From an uncultured Spirochaetota bacterium (lineage in GTDB: Bacteria > Spirochaetota > Spirochaetia > SZUA-6 > Fen-1364), in NCBI GenBank assembly GCA_963820525.1, contig CAWGAA010000003.1, forward strand, positions 480,001-544,000: a DNA stretch of 64,000 nucleotides, given 5' to 3'. The stretch's first letter is position 1; the number at the start of each line of letters is the position of its first letter. The position numbers and the translations under genes are program-made. A model generated the notes under the pieces. That model did no database searches, was not told where the DNA came from, and saw only the letters and a list, made by a program, of their open reading frames with translations. Below, one piece after another: positions 1 to 8,205 of the stretch.

Positions 1-81
1 GCTGAACGCGAAGATGACGAATATCGCCGTGTTCAGGATCACCAGGGGCCACAGTCCGAAGGAGGGGGGATTGTCATTCAT
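1..81 (-). CDS. Isoprenylcysteine carboxyl methyltransferase (ICMT/PEMT) family membrane protein, N-terminal 27 codons only (runs off window start)
   Basis: Not in ORF track. ATG at 81 overlaps the TGA of the upstream gene (ATGA) and reads MNDNPPSFGLWPLVILNTAIFVIFAFS, resembling the 'YGLWxLVIxNSAxFIxFAFSF' start of ICMT-family genes that usually follow DUF2933 genes. Confidence 0.7.
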   Translation of the reverse strand, partial: MNDNPPSFGLWPLVILNTAIFVIFAFS

Positions 82-437
82 GAAACGCCTCCCGGTGGGA
101 CATCCCCGCCGCCGCGCCCCGAGTCATCTGCTCTATCCCGAAGGCGTCCCATATTGTCCTCAGCCAATTTATCGCTCCTGCTCCGGTGGTCGCGACGCCG
201 GATTCCTCCGAACCACAAGTACATGAGGATGGCCAGAAGCACCGCAGCGGCGAGAAGAAAGTACGGCAGCGCTCCAAAGAGGTGCGCTCGGTGCTCGGTT
301 ACGAGATAGAATGCAGCGATGACGAGGAACGCGGCCAGTGCTCCGCTGATTCGTGACTGGAAATTGCGACGGGAGCGCGGCACTTCCCCGTCGTGGTCCG
401 CTGCCTGTCTTTCATCCGGATCCGATCTGCCTGTCAA
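78..437 (-). CDS. DUF2933-like small membrane protein
   Basis: AAFYLVTEHRAHLFGALPYFLL signature; TTG start with AAGGAG RBS. Confidence 0.7.
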   Translation of the reverse strand: MTGRSDPDERQAADHDGEVPRSRRNFQSRISGALAAFLVIAAFYLVTEHRAHLFGALPYFLLAAAVLLAILMYLWFGGIRRRDHRSRSDKLAEDNMGRLRDRADDSGRGGGDVPPGGVS

Positions 438-440
438 GGG

Positions 441-740
441 TTACTCCTTCGGCCGGTCGCGGCGTGAGCTTCCACCAGCGCCAATGTTGTAGATTGCCGC
501 GATCGCGGCACCGATCAACCACCCAAGGATGAATACCTCCGCTGCACCCATGAGCGCTTCCCACCAGGGAACGTTCATGCGGATGAGGGGCGAGACATCC
601 AATCCGTGCAGGAGGCTATTGAGGAACAGGACGATCCCCTCACGACCCAGGACGGCCATCACGAGGGCGCAGCCCAGATACACGATCACCGCGGTCACAC
701 CGACCGCGAGGCCCAGTTTCTTCGGCTTAATGGTGCCCAT
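441..740 (-). CDS. DUF5676-like two-TM membrane protein
   Basis: VYLGC...FLNSLLHGLD...FILGWLIGAAIAAIYN; start moved to ATG 740 (AAAGGAGG RBS). Confidence 0.7.
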   Translation of the reverse strand: MGTIKPKKLGLAVGVTAVIVYLGCALVMAVLGREGIVLFLNSLLHGLDVSPLIRMNVPWWEALMGAAEVFILGWLIGAAIAAIYNIGAGGSSRRDRPKE

Positions 741-954
741 GGTGTGCCTCCTTTGAATCTCCGCCATTCTCATGACCCTCGTGGTCCTCGCCTTCTCCTC
801 GATGTCTGCCCATCATGAACAGGTGCAGCACGAACATCCCCACGAGCCCCGCCAGGAGCGGCCATGAGCCCTTGATCCCGATGAGGGGAAGAACGAAGAC
901 GAGGATCAGCGGCGCGACGCATCCGATGACCATCCAGAACATGTGTCTGTTCAT
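727..954 (-). CDS. 75-aa two-TM protein with His-rich C-tail, putative metal binding
   Basis: MNRHMFWMVIGC...MFVLHLFMMGRH...HEGH...AHHGHH; GGAGGAG RBS before ATG 954. Confidence 0.7.
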   Translation of the reverse strand: MNRHMFWMVIGCVAPLILVFVLPLIGIKGSWPLLAGLVGMFVLHLFMMGRHRGEGEDHEGHENGGDSKEAHHGHH

Positions 955-1082
955 ATATTCTCCTCCAGTACGGCGACTCCCTTGTAGAGTGCAGCGCCGA
1001 GCAGAAGCGTCCAGGAGAAACCGACGGAGATCTTGTCCGTCGTTTGCACGAAGCTCCCGCCCTTGCCCACGTCCCTGTTCAT
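951..1082 (-). CDS. 43-aa single-TM ORF, first in operon (real small protein or remnant)
   Basis: GGGGAAGGA RBS before ATG 1082; its stop overlaps the next ATG (ATGA). Confidence 0.4.
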   Translation of the reverse strand: MNRDVGKGGSFVQTTDKISVGFSWTLLLGAALYKGVAVLEENI

Positions 1083-1127
1083 CGCGATCCTTCCCCAGCG
1101 CTTCACGGGGAAACGCCAGGATATACC

Positions 1128-1184
1128 ACCCCACCGGGGTAGGGTGCATGGAAAGAATGTAGTTCCCACTTCGGGAATGGTCAA
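1128..1184 (-). promoter_or_regulatory. Sigma70-type promoter plus CsoR/RcnR-like operator
   Basis: Minus strand TTGACC (1184-1179), N17, TACATT (1161-1156), then ACCCTACCCCGGTGGGGT 10 nt downstream. Confidence 0.65.
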
Positions 1185-1374
1185 CTCCTTTCCGCATAAA
1201 AGGGAGACGGAAAGAGGTTATACCTGACCTGAAAAAGATGAAGCACGATATGAAAAGTAAAGGATATATTCAGGTGAGCGCTTCGGTTTCCAAAGTCGGG
1301 AAACCGGTAGTTATTGCGGACTGGTGAACGAGCGACCGTTTCGCACGGCGCGCATAGGGATCGAGGGTACCCCC

Positions 1375-2625
1375 ATGGGGAAAGGTAAGGTGTCGAGTTC
1401 GTCTTCGGGAAGTTTGCCCATCCTCTTCGTCTGTCTATTCGTGGTGATGATTGGGTTCGGCATCACCATGCCCGTCGTTCCTTTTTTCACAGAACGCCTG
1501 GCACAATCCGCAGGAACTTCAGCGAAAAACATACCACTGCACGTCGGCCTCCTCACGGGGGTCTATGCTCTCATGCAGTTCCTCCTGGCACCGCTCTGGG
1601 GACGGCTCTCCGATCGATTGGGGCGAAAACGGATGCTTCTCATCGGCATCGCCGGTTCCGCCGCCGCCCAGATCCTATTCGGCATTTCCACCTCGCTTTG
1701 GCTGCTGTACGCGGCACGCGCGCTCGGCGGGACGCTCTCGGCCGCGACACTACCGGCGGCATCGGCTCAGGTGGCCGATGTGACGGAAGTCAACAGGAGA
1801 GCGCGGGGAATGGCATGGTTACGAACCGCGATGGGGCTCGGCAGCATCGCCGGTCTCGTTCTCGGAGCGCTGGCCATGAAAAAAGACCTTCACCTCAGCT
1901 GGCGTCGCGGTCATTTTCTGGTCGACAGCTTCTCGACCCCCTTTTTTCTGGCGGCGGTGCTGATGCTCCTCGCGCTGGGAATTACGGTTCTGTTCCTCGC
2001 GGATTCGACACCTCGGCCTCCGGCGCTCGACGACAGGCGCGGAGGGTTGGCTCGTAGTCGGATGGCAGACGGTGCGCTCCGCTTCGCCCTCGGGCTGGAG
2101 GCCGGCGGGCAATTTGGCCTAGCCGTCTTCGAAGGTACTTTCGCGCTCTATGCCCAGAAGCGTTTATCTTACGGGCCCGCTCAGGTGAGCCTCGTTTTCA
2201 TGGTGTGCGGACTGGTCATGTCAGCTTTTCAATACATCGCCGTGCGTTTTCTCTCGCAGGTGTTGCGCCCTCTTCACCAGATCGCTGCAGGGTTCTTCCT
2301 GATGGGGGCTGGACTGCTGGCGCTTCAGCTCATGAAGACGACGCCCCAGGTATTGCTTGCCGTCGGCGTCATCGCATTGGGAATGGCTATTGTGTCGCCG
2401 ACGCTTTCAGCGTTGATATCGAAGCTGGCGGGAAACCGGCAAGGGGAGAGTTTTGGCATGCAGAGCTCAGCAGAAAGCGCAGGGCAAGTCATCGGCCCGT
2501 TGATCGGGGGTATCCTCTTCTCCTGGTATGCGCAGCTTCCCTACATGGTAGCCGGTTTTTCCCTCATCGGCATTGGCGCACTGACGGCATACAAGCGCTC
2601 GTCGGCGGATAGGAAAAAATCCTGA
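1375..2625 (+). CDS. MFS transporter, DHA1/TetA-like drug:H+ antiporter
   Basis: Motif A GRLSDRLGRKR; about 12 hydrophobic segments; start likely ATG 1375. Confidence 0.9.
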   Translation: MGKGKVSSSSSGSLPILFVCLFVVMIGFGITMPVVPFFTERLAQSAGTSAKNIPLHVGLLTGVYALMQFLLAPLWGRLSDRLGRKRMLLIGIAGSAAAQILFGISTSLWLLYAARALGGTLSAATLPAASAQVADVTEVNRRARGMAWLRTAMGLGSIAGLVLGALAMKKDLHLSWRRGHFLVDSFSTPFFLAAVLMLLALGITVLFLADSTPRPPALDDRRGGLARSRMADGALRFALGLEAGGQFGLAVFEGTFALYAQKRLSYGPAQVSLVFMVCGLVMSAFQYIAVRFLSQVLRPLHQIAAGFFLMGAGLLALQLMKTTPQVLLAVGVIALGMAIVSPTLSALISKLAGNRQGESFGMQSSAESAGQVIGPLIGGILFSWYAQLPYMVAGFSLIGIGALTAYKRSSADRKKS

Positions 2626-2805
2626 GCGCTTTCAGCGCAGACGCCGGGCGTTGTTCTTGATCGGGGCCGCTCTTCAGGCGTGCGGCACTCCTATGCGGCA
2701 GTCCGATGCCAATCCGACCACTGAAAACGTAGAGCTGGAGGGCACACGGCCGGAAGCCGCGTGTCGAAACCCTCCTCTCAATCCAGTCAATACGGTGGGA
2801 GATAC

Positions 2806-2868
2806 TTGACGAATTGGTGCACTGGGGATACATTGTATCTGATACCCCACCGGGGTGGGGTATCAGAT
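2806..2868 (+). promoter_or_regulatory. Sigma70-type promoter plus 32-bp palindromic CsoR/RcnR-like operator
   Basis: TTGACG (2806-2811), N17, TACATT (2829-2834), followed by ATCTGATACCCCACC-GG-GGTGGGGTATCAGAT (2837-2868, perfect 15-bp arms). Confidence 0.75.
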
Positions 2869-2891
2869 CATTTCACCGAGGGGCACTACCG

Positions 2892-3347
2892 ATGATGGGT
2901 CCCGCTTTTGTTCCTGCCCTGCGCTTCCGCTGGCTCACTCCCGTGTTCGACCCGTTCATGGCAATCGCTCTTCCCGACCTGCGGATCAAACGCGATCTGG
3001 CCGAAGCCCTGCAGCCGGCTGACTCGCGCAGCATCCTCGACTTGCCCCTCCTGGAAATTAAGAGAGTACTGAGACCGGGCGGCACGTTTTACACCGCCGA
3101 CTTCGATCGAGCGAGAAACCCCATTCTCCGGCTGGTTTTCAAGGCTGTGCGACTTCTGGACGGCCGAAGGAACACACGAACGAACGCGAAAGGCCTTCTT
3201 CCGAAACTGATGGAAGAGGCGGGATTCACGAGCGTTGGAGAGGCTGCCCGCTACGCAACGATGCTTGGCGAGGTTTCGACCTTCGAGGCGAAAAAGGCGC
3301 TCCCAATCGATCGATCGGGACACCTCGACACAAAGGAGGATAGGTGA
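2892..3347 (+). pseudogene. Class I SAM methyltransferase (UbiE-like) with in-frame internal deletion
   Basis: VPALRFRWLTPVFD N-terminus and EIKRVLRPGG/ADF motifs present, but ILDL joins directly to PLLEIKRVL, so the GxGxG SAM loop and following strands are missing. Confidence 0.7.
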
Positions 3348-3438
3348 TTCGGTCCTATTATTCGGCTCCCCTCGTCTTGACTGGTGTACGATGAAAATGA
3401 GGTGATGTCCGCAGCTATTGCGGGAATCGGTTTTTCAA

Positions 3439-4455
3439 ATGGAACAGGTATTTCAGCGCGATCAACGGTTCGACGTCTACGACATCCTGGTGGTGGGGGC
3501 AGGCCCCGCGGGCCTTACCGCTGCCATATTCGCGCACAACAAGGGGATGAGAGTCATCGTCGTTGAGGGGCTAGAAGCAGGGGGTCAGATGCGCGCGCTC
3601 TACCCCTACAAGCCTGTATACAACTACCCCGGGAACTCCAAAGTCCGGGCAGGTGAGCTCGTGGACAAGATTATCGCGCAGGTTCGAGAGAACGACATAC
3701 AGATACTGGAAAGAGCCCCGGTGCGGAACATCATCCGGCGCGAAGACGGTGACTTCTCCGTCGTCCTGGATGACACGGAGATCATTTCACGAACCATCAT
3801 CCTCGCCTGCGGTATGGGTCTCTTCGATCCTCGCCGTCTGGGGGCTTCCGGGGAGGAACTCCTGAGAGACAGTTCGGTTTTCTACACTCTGAACGATCTT
3901 CCCCAGTGGCAGGGCAAGCGGATCGCCGTCATCGGTGGAGGCAACAGCGCTGTGGATAATGCGCTCTTTCTCCTTGAGCAAGGGGCACATGTGGCGGTCA
4001 TCCATAAGCTGGTGGATTTTCAAGCCGAGGCTGGCAACGTGGCGAAGCTGCGTGAGCGATGCTCGATGGTGTTTCTTGGATGGAATGTCACGGAGTTCTC
4101 CGGAAGAGGGCCAGGAGATTGCAGCGTCGACGTCGTTATCGAACACTCTATTACAAGGGAGAGACAGATCATCCCTGTCCATCGGGTCCTGATCAACATC
4201 GGTATTCGACCAAGCAGTGAGCTGATCGAAAGGCTTTCGTGCTCCCGCGAGAACCAGATGGTGCGTGTCGATACTGAAATGCAGACATCTATTCATGGAA
4301 TCTTCGCATGCGGGGACACGGTGTCTTATCCCGGTAAGACCAGACTCATCGTCACCGCGCTCGGAGAAGCTGCGACGGCTGTAAACAGCGTGGAGCGGTA
4401 TCTCAAGGCGGAATCGAAATCAAGGGTGATTGAACATGAAAAAACGGGAATATGA
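3439..4455 (+). CDS. TrxR-fold NAD(P)/FAD oxidoreductase, ferredoxin-NADP reductase (YumC-like) type
   Basis: GAGPAG, GGQMRALYPxKxVYNYPG, GGGNSAVD, TSIHGIFACGD; no CxxC. Confidence 0.8.
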   Translation: MEQVFQRDQRFDVYDILVVGAGPAGLTAAIFAHNKGMRVIVVEGLEAGGQMRALYPYKPVYNYPGNSKVRAGELVDKIIAQVRENDIQILERAPVRNIIRREDGDFSVVLDDTEIISRTIILACGMGLFDPRRLGASGEELLRDSSVFYTLNDLPQWQGKRIAVIGGGNSAVDNALFLLEQGAHVAVIHKLVDFQAEAGNVAKLRERCSMVFLGWNVTEFSGRGPGDCSVDVVIEHSITRERQIIPVHRVLINIGIRPSSELIERLSCSRENQMVRVDTEMQTSIHGIFACGDTVSYPGKTRLIVTALGEAATAVNSVERYLKAESKSRVIEHEKTGI

Positions 4456-5155
4456 TCTCATGAAGGCGATCTTTGTCTTTTTCCCTCCGCGGCAGCTCGG
4501 CGCAAGAATCGCGCGCAAGTTTTCCGAAATGGGATATGGCATCTTTCTCTTCCTCCTTCAAGATGAGGATGAGAACTTTTTCTCACACCTGAGGGTGCCG
4601 AACAGACAGAACATCATTCCGATCAAAGTGTTCACGCCTCTCGCCCGCTTCTGGGAAGGTGTTGATCCCGCACTGAAAAACGCGATCCTTCACGCTCGAG
4701 CCGTCATTAATTTCATAGGTGCGGATTTTTCCAAGTTGAAGGTAACCGGTCACGGCGAAGATTGGAACATCGATGTCTCAGATCCCACGCAGGTCAGGTT
4801 TTCGTTCCTGGAGATTTTTTTGAGCAATGCCGAAATAAAGGAGCGGTCCCTCTGGTTCAACCTGGGAACGGGCAGGCATGTGAAGAATTCGACCGGAGAG
4901 ATCTTCTGCAACACAAAATACGGAATGACAGGATTCGCGAAGGCTTTCGAGCTTACGCCCCGGCTGAGGAATCTCGAGATCATCAGCGTCTGCCTCACCT
5001 ACCTCAGCAGGGATAGGACCGGATCCGGCTCTTCTCATTGCACGCATTGCATTACCGAGGAACTTGTGGACGGGGGAAAACGCTTAACGAGCGAGCGGGA
5101 AATCCCCGATTTCCTGCTGAACCGGATCGAGGAATTGTGGATGAAAAAGTCGTAG
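4436..5155 (+). CDS. Atypical SDR/Rossmann-fold protein with C-terminal CxxC
   Basis: FCNTKYGMTGFAKAF aligns to SDR YxxxK with Y to F; degenerate nucleotide loop; HCTHC near C-terminus. Confidence 0.55.
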   Translation: MKKREYDLMKAIFVFFPPRQLGARIARKFSEMGYGIFLFLLQDEDENFFSHLRVPNRQNIIPIKVFTPLARFWEGVDPALKNAILHARAVINFIGADFSKLKVTGHGEDWNIDVSDPTQVRFSFLEIFLSNAEIKERSLWFNLGTGRHVKNSTGEIFCNTKYGMTGFAKAFELTPRLRNLEIISVCLTYLSRDRTGSGSSHCTHCITEELVDGGKRLTSEREIPDFLLNRIEELWMKKS

Positions 5156-5246
5156 TACTCGCGCGGAGTCGAGCAATCCCATTCATCAAGTTTGCACCTC
5201 CATCACGGGGAACCCCCGGCATTTTTTACGACGTTTCGCCTCAAAA

Positions 5247-5999
5247 CTACGGCTTTTCCCCCGTCTCTATCCCCAGTTCAGCCTTGATCCGCTGCCAGAA
5301 GGTACCCTCGTCGATTTCGCCTTTAATAAAGAAGGAGATGAGCTGGCGCATGCGGGGAGAGAACATCTCCCAGTACTTCTTGTGCCAGTCCTGGATCTCG
5401 TCGTTCAGCCGTATCTGCTCGGAGATGCTCATGGTGTGGGTGCTATAGGAAATGAACTGCGTGATCATGGTGGCAAGGGCCGCCGTGGGGAGACGCGCGC
5501 TGCGACCGGCCGCGGGCGGACGCCTTTCCTGCCCGCCGCCCGGCGCCGGGGCTGGCCCCTCCGGCTTCGCCTGGCCGGGGGCGGATCCCGGAGCTTGGGA
5601 GCCTGTGCCGGACATCGGCGCCAGACCGCCCGCTCGCTCTGCGGCACCCCGGGGGGATTCCTCGCCTGCCGCGGGCGTGGACTCTTCGGTCTCCCCCGGC
5701 ATAAGGCTTTCAAGAAGCTTCTGCACCTGGGTATCGGTAAGCTCGGGCGCGTCCTTCCTGATGATCTCGGTGACGAAGCCCCGCACCGTTTGCCTGATCT
5801 GGTCCAGCGAGAACCCGACCTGCTTCTTGATCTTCGCCGCGGTCAGCCTGGCCATCCGAGCGGGGTTGATGCCGGCCGCCCCTTTCGCCTCACCGCCCTC
5901 CACCCGCCTCTTCAGGGCAGCCTGGATCACCTCCAGATCGTTCTCGGTGGCCTGGTTGAGGATGAAATCCACGACATCGTAGAGAAAATCGCCCTTCAT
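5247..5999 (-). CDS. Hypothetical protein with Pro/Ala/Gly-rich internal linker
   Basis: 250-aa ORF, coding-like composition, two helical regions separated by a low-complexity linker. Confidence 0.7.
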   Translation of the reverse strand: MKGDFLYDVVDFILNQATENDLEVIQAALKRRVEGGEAKGAAGINPARMARLTAAKIKKQVGFSLDQIRQTVRGFVTEIIRKDAPELTDTQVQKLLESLMPGETEESTPAAGEESPRGAAERAGGLAPMSGTGSQAPGSAPGQAKPEGPAPAPGGGQERRPPAAGRSARLPTAALATMITQFISYSTHTMSISEQIRLNDEIQDWHKKYWEMFSPRMRQLISFFIKGEIDEGTFWQRIKAELGIETGEKP

Positions 6000-6017
6000 A
6001 TCCGCAGACGGACCCCG

Positions 6018-6779
6018 TCAACCCTCGCGTCTTACCGGGTTGGATAGAACGCCAATGCCCTCGATCTCGACTTCCACCGTGTCTCCCTCGTGAAGCTCGG
6101 CGGGATCGCCCGAGGTGCCCGTGAAGATGAGGTCTCCCGGCTCAAGGGTTACGGAAGCCGAGATCCATTCGATGAGCTCGGGAATGCCGAAAATGAGGTC
6201 ACGCGTCGTGCACCTCTGGACTTCCCGGCCATTGATGCGCGCCCTTACATCGGCGTTCGCGCCGTCGAAGTCCGTGACGATAGCCGGTCCCAAGGGCGCG
6301 AAAGTGTCGGAGGACTTGGCGCGCCACCAGTTGAGGTCATGCTTCTGCCACTCGCGCGCGCTCACGTCATTGCCGCAGGTGCAGCCGAATACATAGGAAA
6401 GGGCATCTGCCCGGGGCACATTCCTGCAGCGCCTGCCCATCACCACCACGAGCTCCGCCTCCTCGTCGATACGCCCCGCAGCTCCAGAGCGCGGAAGCAC
6501 GATCGGGTCACCCGGGCCGATTACCGAGCTCGGCACTTTAAGGAAAATCAGCGGCTCGTAGGGCGGGGGCTTCACCCCGAGATGGTCGCGAAAGTTGTAG
6601 GCAAGGGCGAAAATCTTGGACGGCAGGCACGGAGCCAGGAGCTTCACGGCGGAGAGAGGGAAGCTCCTCCCCGTTCGACGTGCGGCCTGGAATGGCGCCT
6701 CGGAGATCTCCCGGACCGTTTCGCCTTCCACTATTCCGTAGGCTTCATGGGTGTCTGCCTGGAAGCGGATGTACCTCAA
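6018..6779 (-). CDS. Fumarylacetoacetate hydrolase family protein
   Basis: PLIFLK, DEEAELVVV, GNDVSARE, KSSDTFAPLGP, LEPGDLIFTGT; probable TTG start at 6779. Confidence 0.9.
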   Translation of the reverse strand: MRYIRFQADTHEAYGIVEGETVREISEAPFQAARRTGRSFPLSAVKLLAPCLPSKIFALAYNFRDHLGVKPPPYEPLIFLKVPSSVIGPGDPIVLPRSGAAGRIDEEAELVVVMGRRCRNVPRADALSYVFGCTCGNDVSAREWQKHDLNWWRAKSSDTFAPLGPAIVTDFDGANADVRARINGREVQRCTTRDLIFGIPELIEWISASVTLEPGDLIFTGTSGDPAELHEGDTVEVEIEGIGVLSNPVRREG

Positions 6780-6827
6780 TGCCGTTGCCCCTTGGGGTGA
6801 AGTATACGGCACGCGGGCACGGATAAG

Positions 6828-7106
6828 CTATGGGCTGGGGGCGTTGGTAAGAATCCCCCCGATGGCCTGGGCGTTCATGACCACCGCGACAATCGACACG
6901 ATGCCCGCTATCCACAGGAGCACCGCAAAGATCTTGATGCAGACCGAAAACACCTTGATCATCCCATAGGAGCTGCCGTGAGAAGGGCCCCTGCGCGTGT
7001 TGACGGCGATCTCCCGAACGGCCAGGGGCACTTCGGAGGATGCCCAGACAAGAAGCCCGACGAGGCCGAATATGAGGAACAGGGACTGAGAGACCAGGAA
7101 TTCCAT
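6828..7106 (-). CDS. Small two-TM hypothetical protein
   Basis: GGAGG RBS, 92 aa, two hydrophobic segments. Confidence 0.65.
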   Translation of the reverse strand: MEFLVSQSLFLIFGLVGLLVWASSEVPLAVREIAVNTRRGPSHGSSYGMIKVFSVCIKIFAVLLWIAGIVSIVAVVMNAQAIGGILTNAPSP

Positions 7107-7278
7107 GCCTACACCTCCGCTATCCTGTTTCAGGCGGCAGGCTCCGCGCGACGCGCCGCTCCCGATATTCTTCTAGTCTAGCGCCAATCTCCGCCGTGTC
7201 AAGGTTCGATGGTTTTTTTTCGAGGGATGCGGCGCTGCTTTTCACTGTGCATCCGTTCGTGCTACATTGGAGACAGAC

Positions 7279-7416
7279 ATGATTTATCTCATCTACAAAG
7301 ACGGAGAAATCCTCGTCGAAACGGACGATATCGAGTTCGTCAAGGACTACGTGAAGACAGACCCCGAGTGTTCGGTTCGCGACGCACGCACGGGAAAAAA
7401 GATCCCCCTCGAGTAG
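7279..7416 (+). CDS. 45-aa small protein (below ORF-track cutoff)
   Basis: GGAG RBS, then MIYLIYKDGEILVETDDIEFVKDYVKTDPECSVRDARTGKKIPLE*; mostly G/C third positions; fills the gap between two minus-strand genes. Confidence 0.7.
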   Translation: MIYLIYKDGEILVETDDIEFVKDYVKTDPECSVRDARTGKKIPLE

Positions 7417-7434
7417 GACCGCCATTCGAGGCTG

Positions 7435-8142
7435 CTACCCTGCCTTGTGCTCCACCCGACCGTCTCCCCGGCCAATGAGAAGCTCCGGTTTCTTCTTGGT
7501 GAAAAGGCCGTCTTCCAGGACTCCTGGAATAAGCTTCAGCTCCTCTTCAAGCGCGCGCGGGTCGAACTCTGCATGGAACGCGGCATCGAGGAGGAGATTC
7601 CCGAGATCGGTAACCACGGGCCCCGCCTTCTTCACAGCCGTTCGAAGCAGGACTTCGGCGCCCATTGCTTTCAGGGCGCGAGTAACGGTGGCCAGCGCGG
7701 CGGGGACGACCTCGACGGGAATGGGGAAGCGATGGCAAAGTCTCGGGCTGAGCTTCGTCTCGTCGGCGACCACAAGAAAACGCCGGGAGGCATAGGCGAC
7801 GATCTTCTCCAGCAGGAGCGCGCCTCCGCCGCCCTTGATGAGGTTGTAGCTGGGATCGATCTCATCCGCGCCGTCAATGGTGAGATCCAGCCCGTCCGAC
7901 ATGGCGGCATCGTTGAGCGTGAGCACGGGAAGCCCAAGCGACCGCGCCTCCATCTCGGATTGGAGACTCGTAGTGACGACCCTGATGCCGTTGAGCTCCC
8001 CTCGCCGGTAACGTTCCGCCACTCGTCGAATAGTCCAGACGGCAGTCGATCCAGTACCCAGGCCAAGCTTCATGCCGTCAACGACAAACCTGTCGGCGGC
8101 CTCGAAACCCACTCGCCTCTTCTTCGCCTCACTGTCGTGCAT
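7435..8142 (-). CDS. rpiA: Ribose-5-phosphate isomerase A
   Basis: GLGTGSTA, DGADEID, IKGGGGALLLEKIVA. Confidence 0.95.
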   Translation of the reverse strand: MHDSEAKKRRVGFEAADRFVVDGMKLGLGTGSTAVWTIRRVAERYRRGELNGIRVVTTSLQSEMEARSLGLPVLTLNDAAMSDGLDLTIDGADEIDPSYNLIKGGGGALLLEKIVAYASRRFLVVADETKLSPRLCHRFPIPVEVVPAALATVTRALKAMGAEVLLRTAVKKAGPVVTDLGNLLLDAAFHAEFDPRALEEELKLIPGVLEDGLFTKKKPELLIGRGDGRVEHKAG

Positions 8143-8205
8143 TTCTCACCTTCGTATCCAAGAAGGAATGGAATCTGTATACTATGAAAAGAAGGAGCCC
8201 GTACA

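Noticed and set aside
5480..5700. Repeat-like GC-rich stretch
   Set aside because: Encodes a Pro/Ala/Gly linker within a CDS; no periodic DNA repeat.
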